Assembly (NCBI GenBank): GCA_965240325.2 | Contig: OZ251250.1 | Coordinates: 682,001-746,000, forward strand | DNA: 64,000 bases | Direction: 5' to 3' | From: Rebecca billardiae RCC1528 | Taxonomy: Eukaryota; Protista; Haptophyta | Part shown: positions 31,946-44,829 of the stretch, piece after piece | How positions within the stretch are numbered: position 1 is the stretch's first letter | Layout of the letters: the number at the start of each line of letters is the position of its first letter | Position numbers and translations under genes: made by a program | Notes under the pieces: generated by a model | Told to the model about the DNA's origin: nothing | The model's database searches: none | The model's input: only the letters and a program-made list of their open reading frames with translations

Positions 31946-33259
31946 ATGCGCGCGCCGGCGCGCGTGGGGCGGCTCGTGTGCGCGCTGCTCAGCAGCAGCG
32001 CCACGCCGCGCGGGCCCGTCGCCCGGCTGACGGCGCTTGCGCCCGCCACGCCGCCTCCGCCGGACGCGGCGGCGGCGGCCGTTGCCGCACCCTCAGCGCC
32101 TGCGCCAGCGGTGGCGCCGTCGCCGCTGCCCGTCGACCTGTACGCGCTGAGCGACGAGGAGGTGAAGGCGCTGATCGCCGAGCTGGGCCAGCCGGCGTAT
32201 CGCGCGAAGCAGCTCCTCGAGTGGCTGTACGACAAGCGCGTCGCCTCGCTCGACTCGATGGGAAACCTGCCCGCCGCGATGCGCGCGCAGCTCAAGGCGC
32301 GCGCCACGCTCGGCTCGCTCGAGCAGGCGGTGGCGCAGACGAGCCGCGACGGCACGCGCAAGTACCTGTGGCGGCTGTCGGACGGGCGCGAGATCGAGAC
32401 GGTGATGATGCCGTACGCCGACGGCCGGCGCACCGCGTGCATCTCCTCGCAGGTCGGCTGCGCGATGGGCTGCAAGTTCTGCGCGACCGGCCAGATGGGG
32501 TTCACGCGCGACCTCAGCACGGCGGAGATCTTCGAGCAGGCGCTGCGCGTGTCGCAGGAGCTGCACGCGAAGGGCGAGCGGCTGAGCAACGTCGTGCTGA
32601 TGGGGATGGGCGAGCCCTTCCGCAACTACGACGCCGTGATGGCAGCGGTCGCGCTGCTGCGCACCCGGCTTGGCATCGGCGCCCGCCACATCACCATCTC
32701 CACCGTCGGCGTGGCGCCGATGATCCGCCGGTTCGGCGAGGAGGGCACGGAGGTGAAGCTCGCGGTCTCGCTGCACGTGGCGAACGACGCGGCGCGCTCC
32801 AGGCTGATGCCCGTCAACCGGCGCTACGCGCTCGCCGAGCTGATGGACGCGTGCCGGTACTACCAAGCGCGCACCAATCGGCGGATCACTTTCGAGTGGG
32901 CGCTGATCTGCGGCGAGAACGACTCGCGCGAGGAGGCGGCCGAGCTGGGGCGGCTGCTGCGCGGGCTCAAGTGCCACGTCAACCTGATCCCGCTGAACCC
33001 GACCGCGGGCTTCGAGGGCAAGGCGCCGCCGGTCCTCGCCGAGCCGGGTGCCGGCGCCAACGGCGCGCGGCGCGGCGGCGCGCGGCGCGGCGCGGCGCGG
33101 CGCGGCGGTGGCGGCGGCGCAGCTGCCGGCGCGGGCGACCAATTCATCGCCGAGCTTGCGCGCCACGGCGTGCCCGCGACGATGCGCGTCCGGCGCGGCA
33201 TCGATATCGACGCGGGATGCGGCCAGCTTGCGAATAAGGCCAAGGAGCAGACCGCGTGA
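31946..33259 (+). CDS. rlmN: RlmN/Cfr-family radical SAM RNA methyltransferase, organelle-targeted
   Basis: SRDGTRKYL, IETV, TACISSQVGCAMGCKFCATG (CxxxCxxC), MGMGEP, LAVSLH, VNLIPLN, RGIDIDAGCGQL; N-terminal extension. Confidence 0.95.
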   Translation: MRAPARVGRLVCALLSSSATPRGPVARLTALAPATPPPPDAAAAAVAAPSAPAPAVAPSPLPVDLYALSDEEVKALIAELGQPAYRAKQLLEWLYDKRVASLDSMGNLPAAMRAQLKARATLGSLEQAVAQTSRDGTRKYLWRLSDGREIETVMMPYADGRRTACISSQVGCAMGCKFCATGQMGFTRDLSTAEIFEQALRVSQELHAKGERLSNVVLMGMGEPFRNYDAVMAAVALLRTRLGIGARHITISTVGVAPMIRRFGEEGTEVKLAVSLHVANDAARSRLMPVNRRYALAELMDACRYYQARTNRRITFEWALICGENDSREEAAELGRLLRGLKCHVNLIPLNPTAGFEGKAPPVLAEPGAGANGARRGGARRGAARRGGGGGAAAGAGDQFIAELARHGVPATMRVRRGIDIDAGCGQLANKAKEQTA

Positions 33260-33269
33260 ACAGACCGCG

Positions 33270-33450
33270 TGAACATTGAGCTGCGCCTCAGCAGCGCCCT
33301 GCTCGGCCGCCAGCCGGAACCAGCGCATCGCCTCGCTGCAATCCGCCTGTGATACACCCTCGCCATGAAAGTAGCACCAGCCCAGATTGGACCATGCGCC
33401 GCTGCGCACCCCTGCTCGGCCGCCAGCTGGTACCAGCGCGCGGTTCGGCC
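33270..33450 (-). pseudogene. Sel1-like repeat fragment
   Basis: Minus strand reads RWYQLAAEQG and, after a frameshift, AWSNLGWCYFHGEGVSQADCSEAMRWFRLAAEQGAAEAQLN. No start or full gene context. Confidence 0.7.
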
Positions 33451-34054
33451 GCCTCGATAACAGTCGATAACGCGGATAAGGAGAGTCAGAAAGCCTAAAG
33501 GACTACTAGGTAACTAGGTTCACGCGGGCCGTGATCAAACTCCGACTCGCCGGCCGCCATGCCAGAATGATGTGCCGTCCGTCGTCGCGGCGGGCCCGCA
33601 TCCACTATCCAGTCAGCTGCGCATCGGCAGAAGCCGGCAAGCCGCGCTCGACGGCGAGGCTGTACAGGCGAAAGGCTTCGCGCTCTGCGTCCTGCGCGAT
33701 GCCATCGCCACCGGCTCCGGCTCAGCCCGCTGCGCCAGAAGGAACGCCGCACGCGCGTCGCCGCGCCCCGACTTTGGCGCCAGAGCGGAGCCTGACCGGC
33801 GCCTGACCGCCGCGGAAGCCGAAGCGTTCGCCGCCGCCATGAGCAGTGAGATTGATTATATTGATGATTTCATCAAATTCATCAATGATCGATCTTTGAT
33901 TCTTTCTGTGCCAGGGCCCAGCTATCGATCTAGCTGTGCGCTGCCGTGTGCATGCGTCCGTCCCTTCATTAAAAACTGTTCCACCTACTACACTTAATCC
34001 GTCCGAGGCAGGCCAGAGCTCCGCCCTGCGGCCCTGCCAACTGATCACTGTATT

Positions 34055-34280
<226 letters not shown>

Positions 34281-34728
34281 TCTCCAAGCCCCTCTTCTGC
34301 AGAGTCTGCACGCCGCTTGGCCGGCGCGCGGCGACGCGTACTACGACCTCATCCTCATCATCCAGGCGCCCACGCGGGCGCACGGGGGCGACAGCCGCGG
34401 CTGCCGCTTGCCGGAGCTACTCGCCGCTAGGTCGGCGGGCAGCGACATCGACTACGACCTCACCCTCATCCAAGTGCTCCGGAAGGCGCTCGGCCGCGCC
34501 CGCGGCGGCATCTGCCGTCGCCGCCGCGTGCCCCAGGCCGAGGCGGTGCTCCATTGACCATTCCGGCCCCGCTCCCGTAGGGGGGCAGGGCTGCGGGTGG
34601 CGCACTGTCTGTCTGACCTGGACGGAAGGCGCGGACGCATTCTATGTGTATGTCTGAATTGCACTCCGAGCCTGACGCTTTTAATATGTCCGATGCTGCC
34701 ACGTCGTTAAATATATGATAGCAGTCCA

Positions 34729-34788
34729 ATGTGTCGGACTATTTCATCAGATTTTGAATATATTCAAAATCTGAAATAGTCCACACAT
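34729..34788. repeat. AT-rich near-perfect palindrome (~60 bp)
   Basis: ATGTG(TC)GGACTATTT(CAT)CAGATTTTGAATA|TATTCAAAATCTGAAATAGTCCACACAT; the arms differ by small indels. Confidence 0.85.
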
Positions 34789-35266
34789 ATATAATCAGCA
34801 TATATTATGATTGATGACGATATTTTTTCCAACAAGGCAACAAGCCACTCTCGCCTCTGGCGCTCTGCCCTCTCGGGACCGCGCGGCCCTGTCTTGGCAT
34901 TCTCTGGCGGGTACTGCGATGAAACTACTACGCGAGTGCTCCTTGGGAACGATCGAGCCTGCGGTCGTCATATCGCATCAGCAGTCACGACGTGTTCAGC
35001 CTCTGCCTTGCCGTGTCGTGCGGGAGTCGGCAGTACAGTAGCGCACAGTGCGCTGAAGGTGGGTGCAGTGGGCCCGTGCAGCCGGCTGGCAGTGGCGAGC
35101 TCGACGGTCACGCGGTGGCCGCGCGGCGGCCTGAGTCGGCCCCACCCAACGCCGCAAGCGAAAGTGCCCCACCAAGCTGTACCCGCCGCCGTGACAACCG
35201 TCAACCGAGCTGTACGCACATCTGGCTGTAACGACCGCCCCAGCCAGGGGCCCTCCGTCGAGCTCG

Positions 35267-35757
35267 TCACGCCGCCGCGCTGCCCTTGCACGCCTCCGGG
35301 TCGACCGTGACCGCCCTGCCGGACGGGCACCAGAACGTGTTCTCAAAGCTGCAGTGGTTTAATGTCATGCCCGGCTCCGTGCAGTTCACCTTGTCGTGCG
35401 CGTACCAGTGTCCGCCGTGCCACTCGCTGGCGGGCTTGCTCCACACCGCACTCTGCGTGGCACAACGCGCGGGCGCGCGAGGGATGGTCAGGGCGCGCGC
35501 ATCGGCGGCGCTCGCGCAGCTCGCGAGTGGACGCGCGTCGCGACTCGCGCCACCTGCAGCTGGATGGGGTCGATCACGCCGCGCCAGTCCTTCGGCAGCA
35601 CGGACGTGCACGCCGCCAGCCGCTCGAGCGGCTGGAAGCGGTCATGCTCACAGATCAGCCCCTGATGATCGGGCGCATCCCGCGGGCTGTAGACCAGGAA
35701 GCCATCCGAGACGCCGTACGAGAAGCTCCCGGTCGAAGATTCCATCTCGAAGGCCAT
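35267..35757 (-). CDS. Small two-exon hypothetical protein (~130 aa)
   Basis: MAFEMESS...IDPIQLQ spliced (CAG|GT...CGCAG|) to SAVWSKPASEWHGGHWYAHD...SAAA*, with coding-like codon usage. Confidence 0.5.
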
Positions 35758-36121
35758 GGCTGTCGATGGGGGGCGAGGCAAGGCGCGACGCACGCCGCAC
35801 GCGCACGCGGGCGAGTCGGCGCGCGCGACGCACGCGCGAGTCGGCGGCGCGGCGCAGCGCGCGGTGCGGGCGCAAGCGCACACGTTCGTCAAAATGACGA
35901 TGGCGTCGCGGCTATTTTAGAGCGATGATGATTGTGGAGTTAATTTCTCGCGGACAAACACTCAAATCGCTTCAACCTGCGTCCGGCCCTCTGGATCCGC
36001 GAGTCCGGCACCAGGCCGTTCCGCGTTCGCACCCTGCCGGGGCTTGGTTCGGCCGTGGGCGTGTGCGCGGTGCGCCGTGCCGCCGTATCATTCAAGGGCC
36101 GCGCCGGGCGGGTCGCCAACC

Positions 36122-36909
36122 ATGCCGGCGGCCGGCAGTCTCCTCGCCGTGCGCGCTTGCATCATGCTCACGGTGATGGGGCAGCACAGCGCGCACCGCT
36201 CGTGGAGCTCGCACACCAGAATCTGGTCGCCCACGGCGTCCAGCCCAGCGCGCAGCACGCCCAAATCGGCCCCTGTCTCGCCTGGCGGCCACCCGCGCAA
36301 AGCCCGAGGCCATCATTTTATTTCGGACCAGCATGCTCCCTCGAGCGGCTCAAGCGGCCGCCTGAAAAGGCCGGGCAGCCCCTTGCCCGGCTGGTGCACG
36401 CTGCTCGCCACGCTCCGGCAGGACAAGGTGACGACGACGACCATGGGGCGGCGTGCGCGCGAGCTGGTCGCGTGGCTGCGCTCGGCTCTCTTCCCAAACG
36501 ACGTGCGGCTGCTCGATGCTCTCTGCGACAGCGGGCAGCTGAGTGCGGGGGGCGTCGGGGCCGGCGAGTCGTGCTTCAGCATCGCGCGCACGCCCGTGCC
36601 AGGCGTGCCGGGGCAGCACGTCTGCCTGCCGCGCCTGCTCGGCATCGGCTTCCCAAAGTGCGGCACGACCGCCTTCTACGGCGCGCTCGGCAACCTACCG
36701 GGTTTCGTCGCGTCGAGGACGAAGGAGGTGGGCTACTTCCTGCGGTTCAACAAGGCGCCGCACCTCGACGCCAGGCTTGCGAATGCGACGGGCAGCTGGA
36801 GGTCTTTCCGCCTGGCGGCGGGCATCGCGGCGGAACGCCCCATACTGCTGCGCGATTACTACGCCCAGTGGGGCGACCCTGGCGATCCGACCGAGGCGCC
36901 GCTGCCACG

Positions 36910-36940
<31 letters not shown>

Positions 36941-37873
36941 ACTGCCCCGCCTCTCACAGTGCGCTTCGAGTTCTCCCAGTACGCGCGCTTCTCGCCGCGA
37001 GCGGGCGCGGGGCCGTCGCCGTCGTTCGGCATGTCGCACGCGGCGTGGGCGGTGCTGCCGGCGAGCACGCTGGTGGTGGCGCTCGTGCGCGAGCCCGTGT
37101 CGCGCGCGCTCTCGCACTATGGCTTCTTCCACTGGCGCGACACTTCGAGGCACTACCCGCTGCGTGCGGACACGTCCCTCCGCGCGTGGCTGTGCGTCGA
37201 GGCGCTCGCGGATGAGTTCGAGCCGGCGGAGCACGAGGCGGGCTCCGGCCGCCCGCCGCAGTCGCGCAGTGCGGCCGCGGCCGCGCGCAGGTTCGAGCCG
37301 CCCGGCACGCACGGAGGGCTGCTGGGCGGCGGGCGATACGCCGAGCTGCTCGACCGGTGGCGGCTGGACGGCAAGCAGACCCTGTCCCGCAGGATGGTGG
37401 TGTACCTGCGCGAGCACCTGAGCGCGCGGCCGGGGCAGGTGCTCGCGAGCGTGGGCGCCGAGCTCGGGCTGTCCAAGGCCTGGCAGCAGGCGGTGGCGGC
37501 GACCGAGCCGCCGCCCCGCGCATCGACCAACTCGAGCGCGCACTTTGCCGCGCTCCTGCGCGAAGCGCCCGCCGCACTCGTCTGGCTGGCGGACTATTAC
37601 GCGCCGCACAACGCGCGGCTTGCGCGCGACTACAATCTCGGGCGCGAGATCTGGGCCTTCTGGAAGCCTATCACGGACGGCGAGCTCTTGCAACGCGTGC
37701 CGCCCGCCGTGTCGGCGCTGAGCCGCGGGACGCAAGTGCGCCCCGGGGGGCGCGGCCCGGGCGGCGACGAGGACGACCAGCTCCTCGCCGAGGCGTGCCC
37801 CGCCCAGCTGGTGGCGCGGCTGTGCGACGGCTCCGTCCTACGCGCGCACAGCCGCTGCGCCGCGCGCACGTGA
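36122..37873 (+). CDS. Sulfotransferase (heparan-sulfate sulfotransferase-like, Sulfotransfer_1 type)
   Basis: 5'-PSB motif LLGIGFPKCGTT, KEVGYF, 3'-PB motif LVREPVSRALSHY, LADYYAPHNARL. Start codon uncertain. Confidence 0.85.
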
Positions 37874-38080
37874 GCTGGCGGGGCGCCTCTCGGGGTACTA
37901 GTGGTCTAGCGGGTAACCTGCCTGCCGCCGGCGGAACTCGGAAGCCATCGTGAAGACCGGCGACCTGGGTGCGCAAGCACTGCGCAGGTGCCGGCTTCAA
38001 GACTTTTCGAAGGACGGCCCGGACTCTCACCGCCGCATCACACGTGCAGTCGTGTACACGAGGACGGCCGTGCTCGCGCG

Positions 38081-39926
38081 ATGATTACGACGGCGGCGAG
38101 CATCAGGCCGCGGCGCGCCGCACTCGCGCCGCTGCTCTGGCTGTGCGTGGCCTCGCACCGCGCCCTCGGCGCGACCGAGCCCTCCCCCAACCGCCGCCAC
38201 GCGATCATCTTCGACGCCGGCAGCTCGGGCACGAGAATCCACGTCTACACGTTTGTGCCCGCGGCCGATTCGGCGAGCGGCTCGTTCGAGCTGATCGAGG
38301 ACGAGCTGGTGAAGACGGAGCCGGGGCTCTCGTCGTACGCGCGCGAGCCCGAGCGGGCGGGCGCCTCGCTCGACGGCCTTCTCAGCCTCGCCATGTCCAC
38401 CGTGCCGGCCGCTTGCCACGGGAGCACTCCGGTGCATCTGCTCGCGACCGCCGGCCTGCGCACACTCGGCGCGCGCGTCGCGGCGCAGCTACTCGACTCG
38501 GTGCGCGCGGCGCTCGAGGCGTCGCCGTTCCTCTCCCGGCGGGAGTGGGTCTCGATCCTCGACGGCGACGACGAGGCGCTCTTCGGCTGGACCACCGTCA
38601 ACTACCTGCTGCACCGCGCGCCCTCGGCCATCATGAATTATCCGCAGCACGCCGCTGACGAAAAAACAAAGACAAATCGCCAGCATGGCGGCGGCGGCGA
38701 CGGCGGAGCGCGTGCGGTGCCGGTCGGGGTCATCGACCTGGGCGGCAGCTCGGTGCAGCTGGCGGCGCCCGTGGACGCGTCCGCGCCGCCCCCGCGCGGG
38801 ACGAACCGCTCGGGCCTCGCCTCCCTCCGCCACGCCGAGCTCGGCGGCGCCCAGCGCGCCGTGCACGTCGTGTCCACGCCAGCGTTTGGGCTGAACGACG
38901 CGCGCGCGCGCGCGGCAGCCATGCTGGATGGCGGCCTGGGCGCGTCGGACGCGGTGGCGCACCCGTGCCTGCCGGCGGGGTACAACACGACGAGTGGGCT
39001 CGCGCGCGCTGGCGCGCACTTCGTCGGCACCGCCGACTTCGCCGCGTGCCGCGCGCTGATGCGCGCGCTGATGACGGCGGAGCCGAGTGCCGCAGTGGGC
39101 GCGCCCACTGCGACACCGGACAGGGCGCCCCTCCGCCCCTCAGACGCGCAGCCGGCGTGCGCGGCGTCGAACGCGAGCGCCACGGGGGGCGGCGCGGGCG
39201 GGGCGTGCACGCCGGCGCACGCCGCGCACGCGCTGCACTACTACGGCTTCTCGTACCTCTTCGATCGCACCGTCGCGATCGGACTGCGCGGCGGCGGCGG
39301 CGGCGCGCGCCCCGCCGGCGCGGCCGGCGGCGGCGCGGGCGGCGGCGGCGGCGCAGCGCCACAGCAGTACGGCGCGGAGGTGGTTCGGCTGGAGGAGCTG
39401 GCGAAGGGCGGCGCGGCGCTGTGCGCGCTCTCGAAGGAGCGCCTCGAGGCGCGGTACCACGAGCACGCGCACCTCCTGCGCAACGCGCACAGCTTTTGCG
39501 CCGATGTGTGGTGCGCGCATGCGCGCTCGCGCGCGCAGCCCGCGCGCCGCGCCGCGCAGCCGTTGCGCCCGGCCGGACCTCGCGTCACGGGGCGACGTGC
39601 GCTGCACTGGCGTGCTTCCGCCGCGCACGCGCACTGTGCTCACTGCCACGCGCGCACACCCGCGCCCCGCGCCACGCCGCCCTGCCCGCCCCCCTTCGGC
39701 CAACTCATCCGACTCGGCCGCGCGCGCGGACGGCCCGGCGGTGATGGGAAATCGCAGCTACTTGCTCGCGCTGTTGGAGGACGGTTACGGGTTTGCGCCG
39801 TCGTCAACGCTCACGATGGCGAACGTGGTGGACGGGGTGGAGCTGGTGTGGACGCTCGGCGCGATGATCAACTACGCGGCCGACGACCACAGCGCCCAGC
39901 CCGCGTGCCCCGCGCCGGCAAAGTGA
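38081..39926 (+). CDS. Apyrase / GDA1-CD39 nucleoside phosphatase (2 exons; intron 39511-39757)
   Basis: ACR1 FDAGSSGTR, ACR2 ATAGLR, ACR3 DGDDEALFGW, ACR4 DLGGSSVQ, ACR5 WTLGA. Splicing gives FCADVC/YLLALL. Signal peptide present. Confidence 0.92.
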
Positions 39927-40295
39927 AGGGCGAGGCGCCATGATTTTCTGGCCGCGTTGTCGCCGCCGTGTTCCCGTGTACAATTGTAGCGTCCGGGAGC
40001 GAGCAGCCTTCTTCTGACGCCGCCCTTTGAAAAAGGCGGAGCGAACCCCGTCGAAGGTTGTGGGTCCGGTGCGTGCCGAGCGGGCAGCGGCCCGCGATCT
40101 CCCCCTTGGCAAGATTCCCGCTGCGCACCAGTGCGGCTGTGCTGGAAAAGACGACGCACACGTGGAGGCTCTCGCGGTCTCGCCCCCATTGTGAATTCCT
40201 CGCGTCCGGCGGCCTCAGGTTCCGCATCGGGGGCAGCAGCAGCAGGGCTGCCACAGGCGCGGTCGCCACACCAAGATTGCACGGGCGCGCGCAGC

Positions 40296-43106
40296 ATGAT
40301 CCTGATCATCTCCGCGCTGCTCGGGCTGCTGGCGCGGTTCCTGTGGAAGCGCACCCCGCGCACCCGCCCGGACGGCACGCCCGTCACGCACCCCGTCGAG
40401 CTGCTCGAGCACGCGCCGAACAATTACGTGATGGCCAAGTCGATCTCCCTGATTATGCCGCTCGTCGAGTGGCTGAACAGGCTGGAGGACAACCCGCGCT
40501 TCTGGTGGCTGCTCCGCGCGAAGGAGCAGGAGCAGTGGTACACGCCCGACGCGCCAGTCGGCTGGATCTTCCGCGTGCTCAACAAGGTCGACTATTGGCT
40601 GCAAACCCACGTGGGTATTCGGATCGTCTATATCGACCACAAAGACTTCCTCAACAAGTGCAAGGTGCTGGAGAAGCCGCAGTACAAGCAGTGCGAGGGC
40701 GACGAGTCGGCGCACGGCTTCCGACTCATGCTCGACGCGGCGGAGGACGTGCGCGCGCGCGGGCGCGCGCCGCGCGCCGCGCGCGCCGCGCGCGCGGGCG
40801 CATGCGCGCGCGTTCGGCACTGCTGCTGCGCGCTCGCGCGCGTGGGCGCACGGCAGCCGCGCCGAGCCGACCGGCCCTCCCGCGCGCGGGCCTTCTCTCG
40901 CCTCCCTCCCCGCCCCTCCCTCTCTCTCTCTCTCTCGCGCGCGCAGGACCACATCTCCGCCACGGGGCGCATGATGCTGGCGCAGCTGATGAATGGTTGG
41001 CTGGACACGCGCATCTCAATCGACAACTACGTCGCCGCGCACCCCGAGGTGCTGCAGGTGGAGATCAAGCGGCCGATCATCATCATCGGCTGCCCGCGCA
41101 CGGCGTCGACCTTCATGCACAAGCTGCTCGCGCAGGATCCCGGGCTGCGCAAGCCCCTCTTCTGGGAGCTCGCCATTCCGTCGCCGCCGCCCGACCCGGC
41201 CAGCTATGAGACGGACGTGCGGCGGAAGCTGTGCTCGGACGGCTTCCGCACGTTCGACGCGATCGCGCCGCACTTCTACGAGGACGTGCACAAGCACCAC
41301 TACTTCGGGGTGAACGAGATCGAGGAGGACAGCGTGCTGTGCCACTATGCGGGTGCGCGCCGCGCGCCGCGACCTCGCACGCCGCCGCGTCGGCGCGGCG
41401 CGGCGCGCGGGCGCGCTCGCGCCGCGCCGTGATCACCGCGCCTCGCCGCCGCCGCCGCCGCCGCCGCGCCGGTCGCGCAGGCGTGCTGGCGATCCACGGG
41501 CACGCGCTCGCGGGCGACGGCGAGTATTGGAAGTGGCAGATGCGCACGGACAACAAGGAGGCCGCCTACAAGGTGCACAGGAAGGTGCTGCAGGTACTTT
41601 CCTCGAAGTTTCCGCAGCCGGTGCAATGGCTGCTGAAGGCGCCCACCATTCACTCGTGCTTCCTCGAGTGAGCGCACGCGCGGCCTGCTGCGCCCCGCCC
41701 GGCGGGCAGGGCGTGGCGGTGGGTGTGACGCACGCAAGGGGTGCCGTGCGGCGCGGAGGACGCGCGCGGCGGCGGGGCTCGGCCGTGCGCGGCGCGCCCC
41801 GTGCGCTGGACCGCTGGGCAGGAGGCGCGCGGCGGCGGTGGCGGGCCGGGCCCCGGGGCTTGACAGCGCAGCGGGCCGCCGAACGCGCGCTCCGCCCTTG
41901 CGGGGGCAGGGGCGCGCCTGGCGCCGCGCGCGCGCACGCGCTCGATGGGACGCGGGGTCCGCAGCCATGCGCAGCGCGCCGCCTCGCCCAGCGCCACTAC
42001 TGGCGACGGGCCGCCCGCCGCGCCCGCGCGCCCCGGCCTGACCGTCCTCCCATCCCTGCGCCCTGTGGCCGCCCGCTCCCGCGTGCGCGCGCGCCGCACC
42101 CGTCCGCTTCGCGCCCGTGCTGCCGCGCTGCAGGCAGATGCTCAAAACGTACCCTGACGCGCTGCTCGTCGTGACGCACCGACAGGCGGTTGAAGTTCTC
42201 CCGTCGTGGTCCAAGTTCATCCTCTCGCCGATGTGCGCGACGCTGTGGAGGCACGGCACCAAGACCAAGTTCTTGAAAACGAAGACCGTCGAGCAGCTCG
42301 AGATGTTTGAACGGATCGAGCGGGTGCGCCTGCTGCGCGCCTGCGCGCCTGCTGCGCGGCTGCGCGGCTGCTGCGCGGCTGTGAGCGGCTCCACGGCCGT
42401 GCGTGTGGGTGTGCGCGGCTGCGTGGCTGCGGGGGCGCCAGGCCTGCGCCAGCGCGGCGGGGCGGGCGGCTGTGCCCTTGTCCGCAGTGCGCGGCGAAGC
42501 GGCCTCTGTGCCGCGCCGCGGCAGCTGTGCTGCGCGGCTGCGCGCCCGAGCCGCGCCCGCGCGCGGTGGCCGTGGGCCGGTTTTGCAGCACGCACACACA
42601 CACGCTCGCGCATGCGCGCGGGCGCGCTTGGAAGGCGGGTGCGGCCGCGTGTGTCTGGCGGCCGCGGCACTGAACCGCCGGCGCGCTCGCGCGCGCCCCT
42701 CCGCGCCCTGCCCTCCGCCCTCCTCCGCCGCCGCCGCCGCCGCCTCGCGCGCTCCGCTCCGCTCCGCTCCGCTCCGCTCCGCTCCGCGCGCAGACGATAG
42801 CGCGCGTGCGACAGACCCACGGCGCGCAGATGTTCGACGTGGAATACACCGAGCTGATGGCCGACCCGATGGGGATCGTGCAGAAGTGCTACGACCACTT
42901 CGGGCAGCCGCTCACACCGGAGGCGAGGGCGGCCATGGAGGGGTTCATCGCCGGGCGGGGCTCGGGCGGGCAGAACAAAAAGTACGGCAAGGTGAGTACC
43001 GCGGAGCACGCCAAATTCCTCGAGTACGCCGGGCTGTCCGTGGAGGAAGTGACAGAGCGGCTGCGAGTCGCGCAGCTGCCGCCGGGCGCAGCGGGCGGCG
43101 GCGGCA

Positions 43107-43137
<31 letters not shown>

Positions 43138-43240
43138 GGGCAGGGCGGTCGCGCAGAAAGGCGCGGGCAGCAAAGGCGGCGGCGCGCGCACAAACGGCGG
43201 CGGCGAGGCCGCGTTGGCCAACGGCGCAGGCGCACGCTGA
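40296..43240 (+). CDS. Sulfotransferase (Sulfotransfer_3 type), 5 exons: 40296-40748, 40947-41352, 41481-41667, 42134-42323, 42794-43240
   Basis: RPIIIIGCPRTASTFMHKLL, WLLKAP.IH, YPDALLVVTHR, FDVEYTELMADPM. All four GT-AG junctions keep frame. N-terminal membrane anchor. Confidence 0.88.
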
Positions 43241-44177
43241 GCCTCCGCGCCGCGGCTCGCAGCCCGCGTGGCCGCCGCGAGCAGCGCCCGTGTGACACTG
43301 CGCGGCCCCGGCGCGCCGTGAGGCCGCGGCTGGCTGGCAGCCGGCAGCCGCCGCGTGCGTGCAGCGCGCGGTGGACCCGTCGCGGCAGCCGCATGTTCCG
43401 ACAGTCAGACCCGTAACGGCCGCTCGTAACGGCCACTCCACGACGCGCCCCGGCCGAAGCGTCACTCCCCGCCGTCCGCCCGAGCACGCAGCAGGGCACC
43501 AGAGGCAGAGGCTGCACTCATCTCGGGCTGCCAAGACGGCGAGGCTCCACGACGACGACTAAGCTGTCCGCCGGCGCGGATCATCATCCATCATCGGCAG
43601 CGCGCGGCCTGCCTGGCGTAAGCGCGCCGATTCGGCTGTCAGCGCGCGCCTCGTAACCGGCATCGTCGTCAGTGACTGATCAGTCATCACTGCCCGAGCC
43701 GCGGCCGCGCAAGCAGTACTGTATATATACATGTACCTGCCATCTGACGACGACGGATGCATGTATATGCTATATACTACTAGTCGTACTACTGCACAGA
43801 AAGCCATACTAGTTACTACCGTGACGAATAAGTACCGATCCTACGGACCGTACATCATAGACATATATCTAAAACCGGGCCATAGCAGATAGATACTGTG
43901 GGCCTTCTGTGTGATAAGCTACCCCAGTCATGCCGCTTGATACACACCTTCCCCAACTGACAGTGGGGCTCTACATTCCCTACTACATCCTCATCCTGTC
44001 GGCGCTCTGTCGCATCGGCGCCCAGTCGGCGAGTTCGGACGACGACGTTTTGTGGACGACGTTGGGGCGAGGACGACGGGCGCTGGCGCGCCGCGAGGCG
44101 GCCGCAGCCCTCATCCAGGCCTCGCAGGCGGACGGCTGAACGAATTTTTCCGGCGGCGCTACCATCGGCGACGGCTT

Positions 44178-44258
44178 CATGGGCGGTGACAGTTGGCGGG
44201 CGTCAATCTCGCCTGCCTGAGCTGTGTGCTGTCTCTTATTCTTAGACTTAGTAAACTG
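44178..44258 (+). repeat. Dispersed repeat copy (same family as 9569-9729 and 51136-51224)
   Basis: CATGGGCGGTGACAGTTGGCGGGCGTCAATCTCGCCTGCCTGAGCTGTGTGC...TAGTAAACTG. Confidence 0.9.
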
Positions 44259-44829
44259 CAGTGTCAGTGATGAGGCTGCATCATGATCACTGAAGTGATG
44301 ATGTCGATGAGCAGCGGCCAGCGCAGCCGGCGCCGCCCGCGTCCCGCACAACCTTTGGGGCGTGCCGCCCGCGCCGCCCGCGCCGCCCGCCGCTGCGCGC
44401 CGCCCTGCTCCTCAGCCGGCCGACCAACAGGCGGCGGACCCCGCCGGCCCGGAGGCGGAGGAGTCCGAGGGGGGGGGTTCCGACGGTGCCATCCCGCCAC
44501 CCCAGCCGCCAACCGCGGCCGCGCCGTCGGACGGGCCCGAGGTGCAACAGGCCAGGCCGGGCCTCGGGGAGTCCAACAACCGCTTGGTGCTGCTCCCCGG
44601 CGCCGCGGCGGCTGGCAACCGCGCGGTGGCCGAGCCGTCCACGCCGGCGGTGGAGGGTGGGCCTCCCTCCGCCGGCGGGGGCGACGCCAAGCCGCCCAAG
44701 CAGGCCCGCACCGACCCCCCCGGCGCCGCCCCCCGTGCTCTGGCTGCTGCCGCGCCGTTGTCGCTGGCCTAGAGCCGCGCGCGGCGCTGGCGCGCCAGGT
44801 GCGCCCAGCCGGGCAGGGCAGGCATCCTG

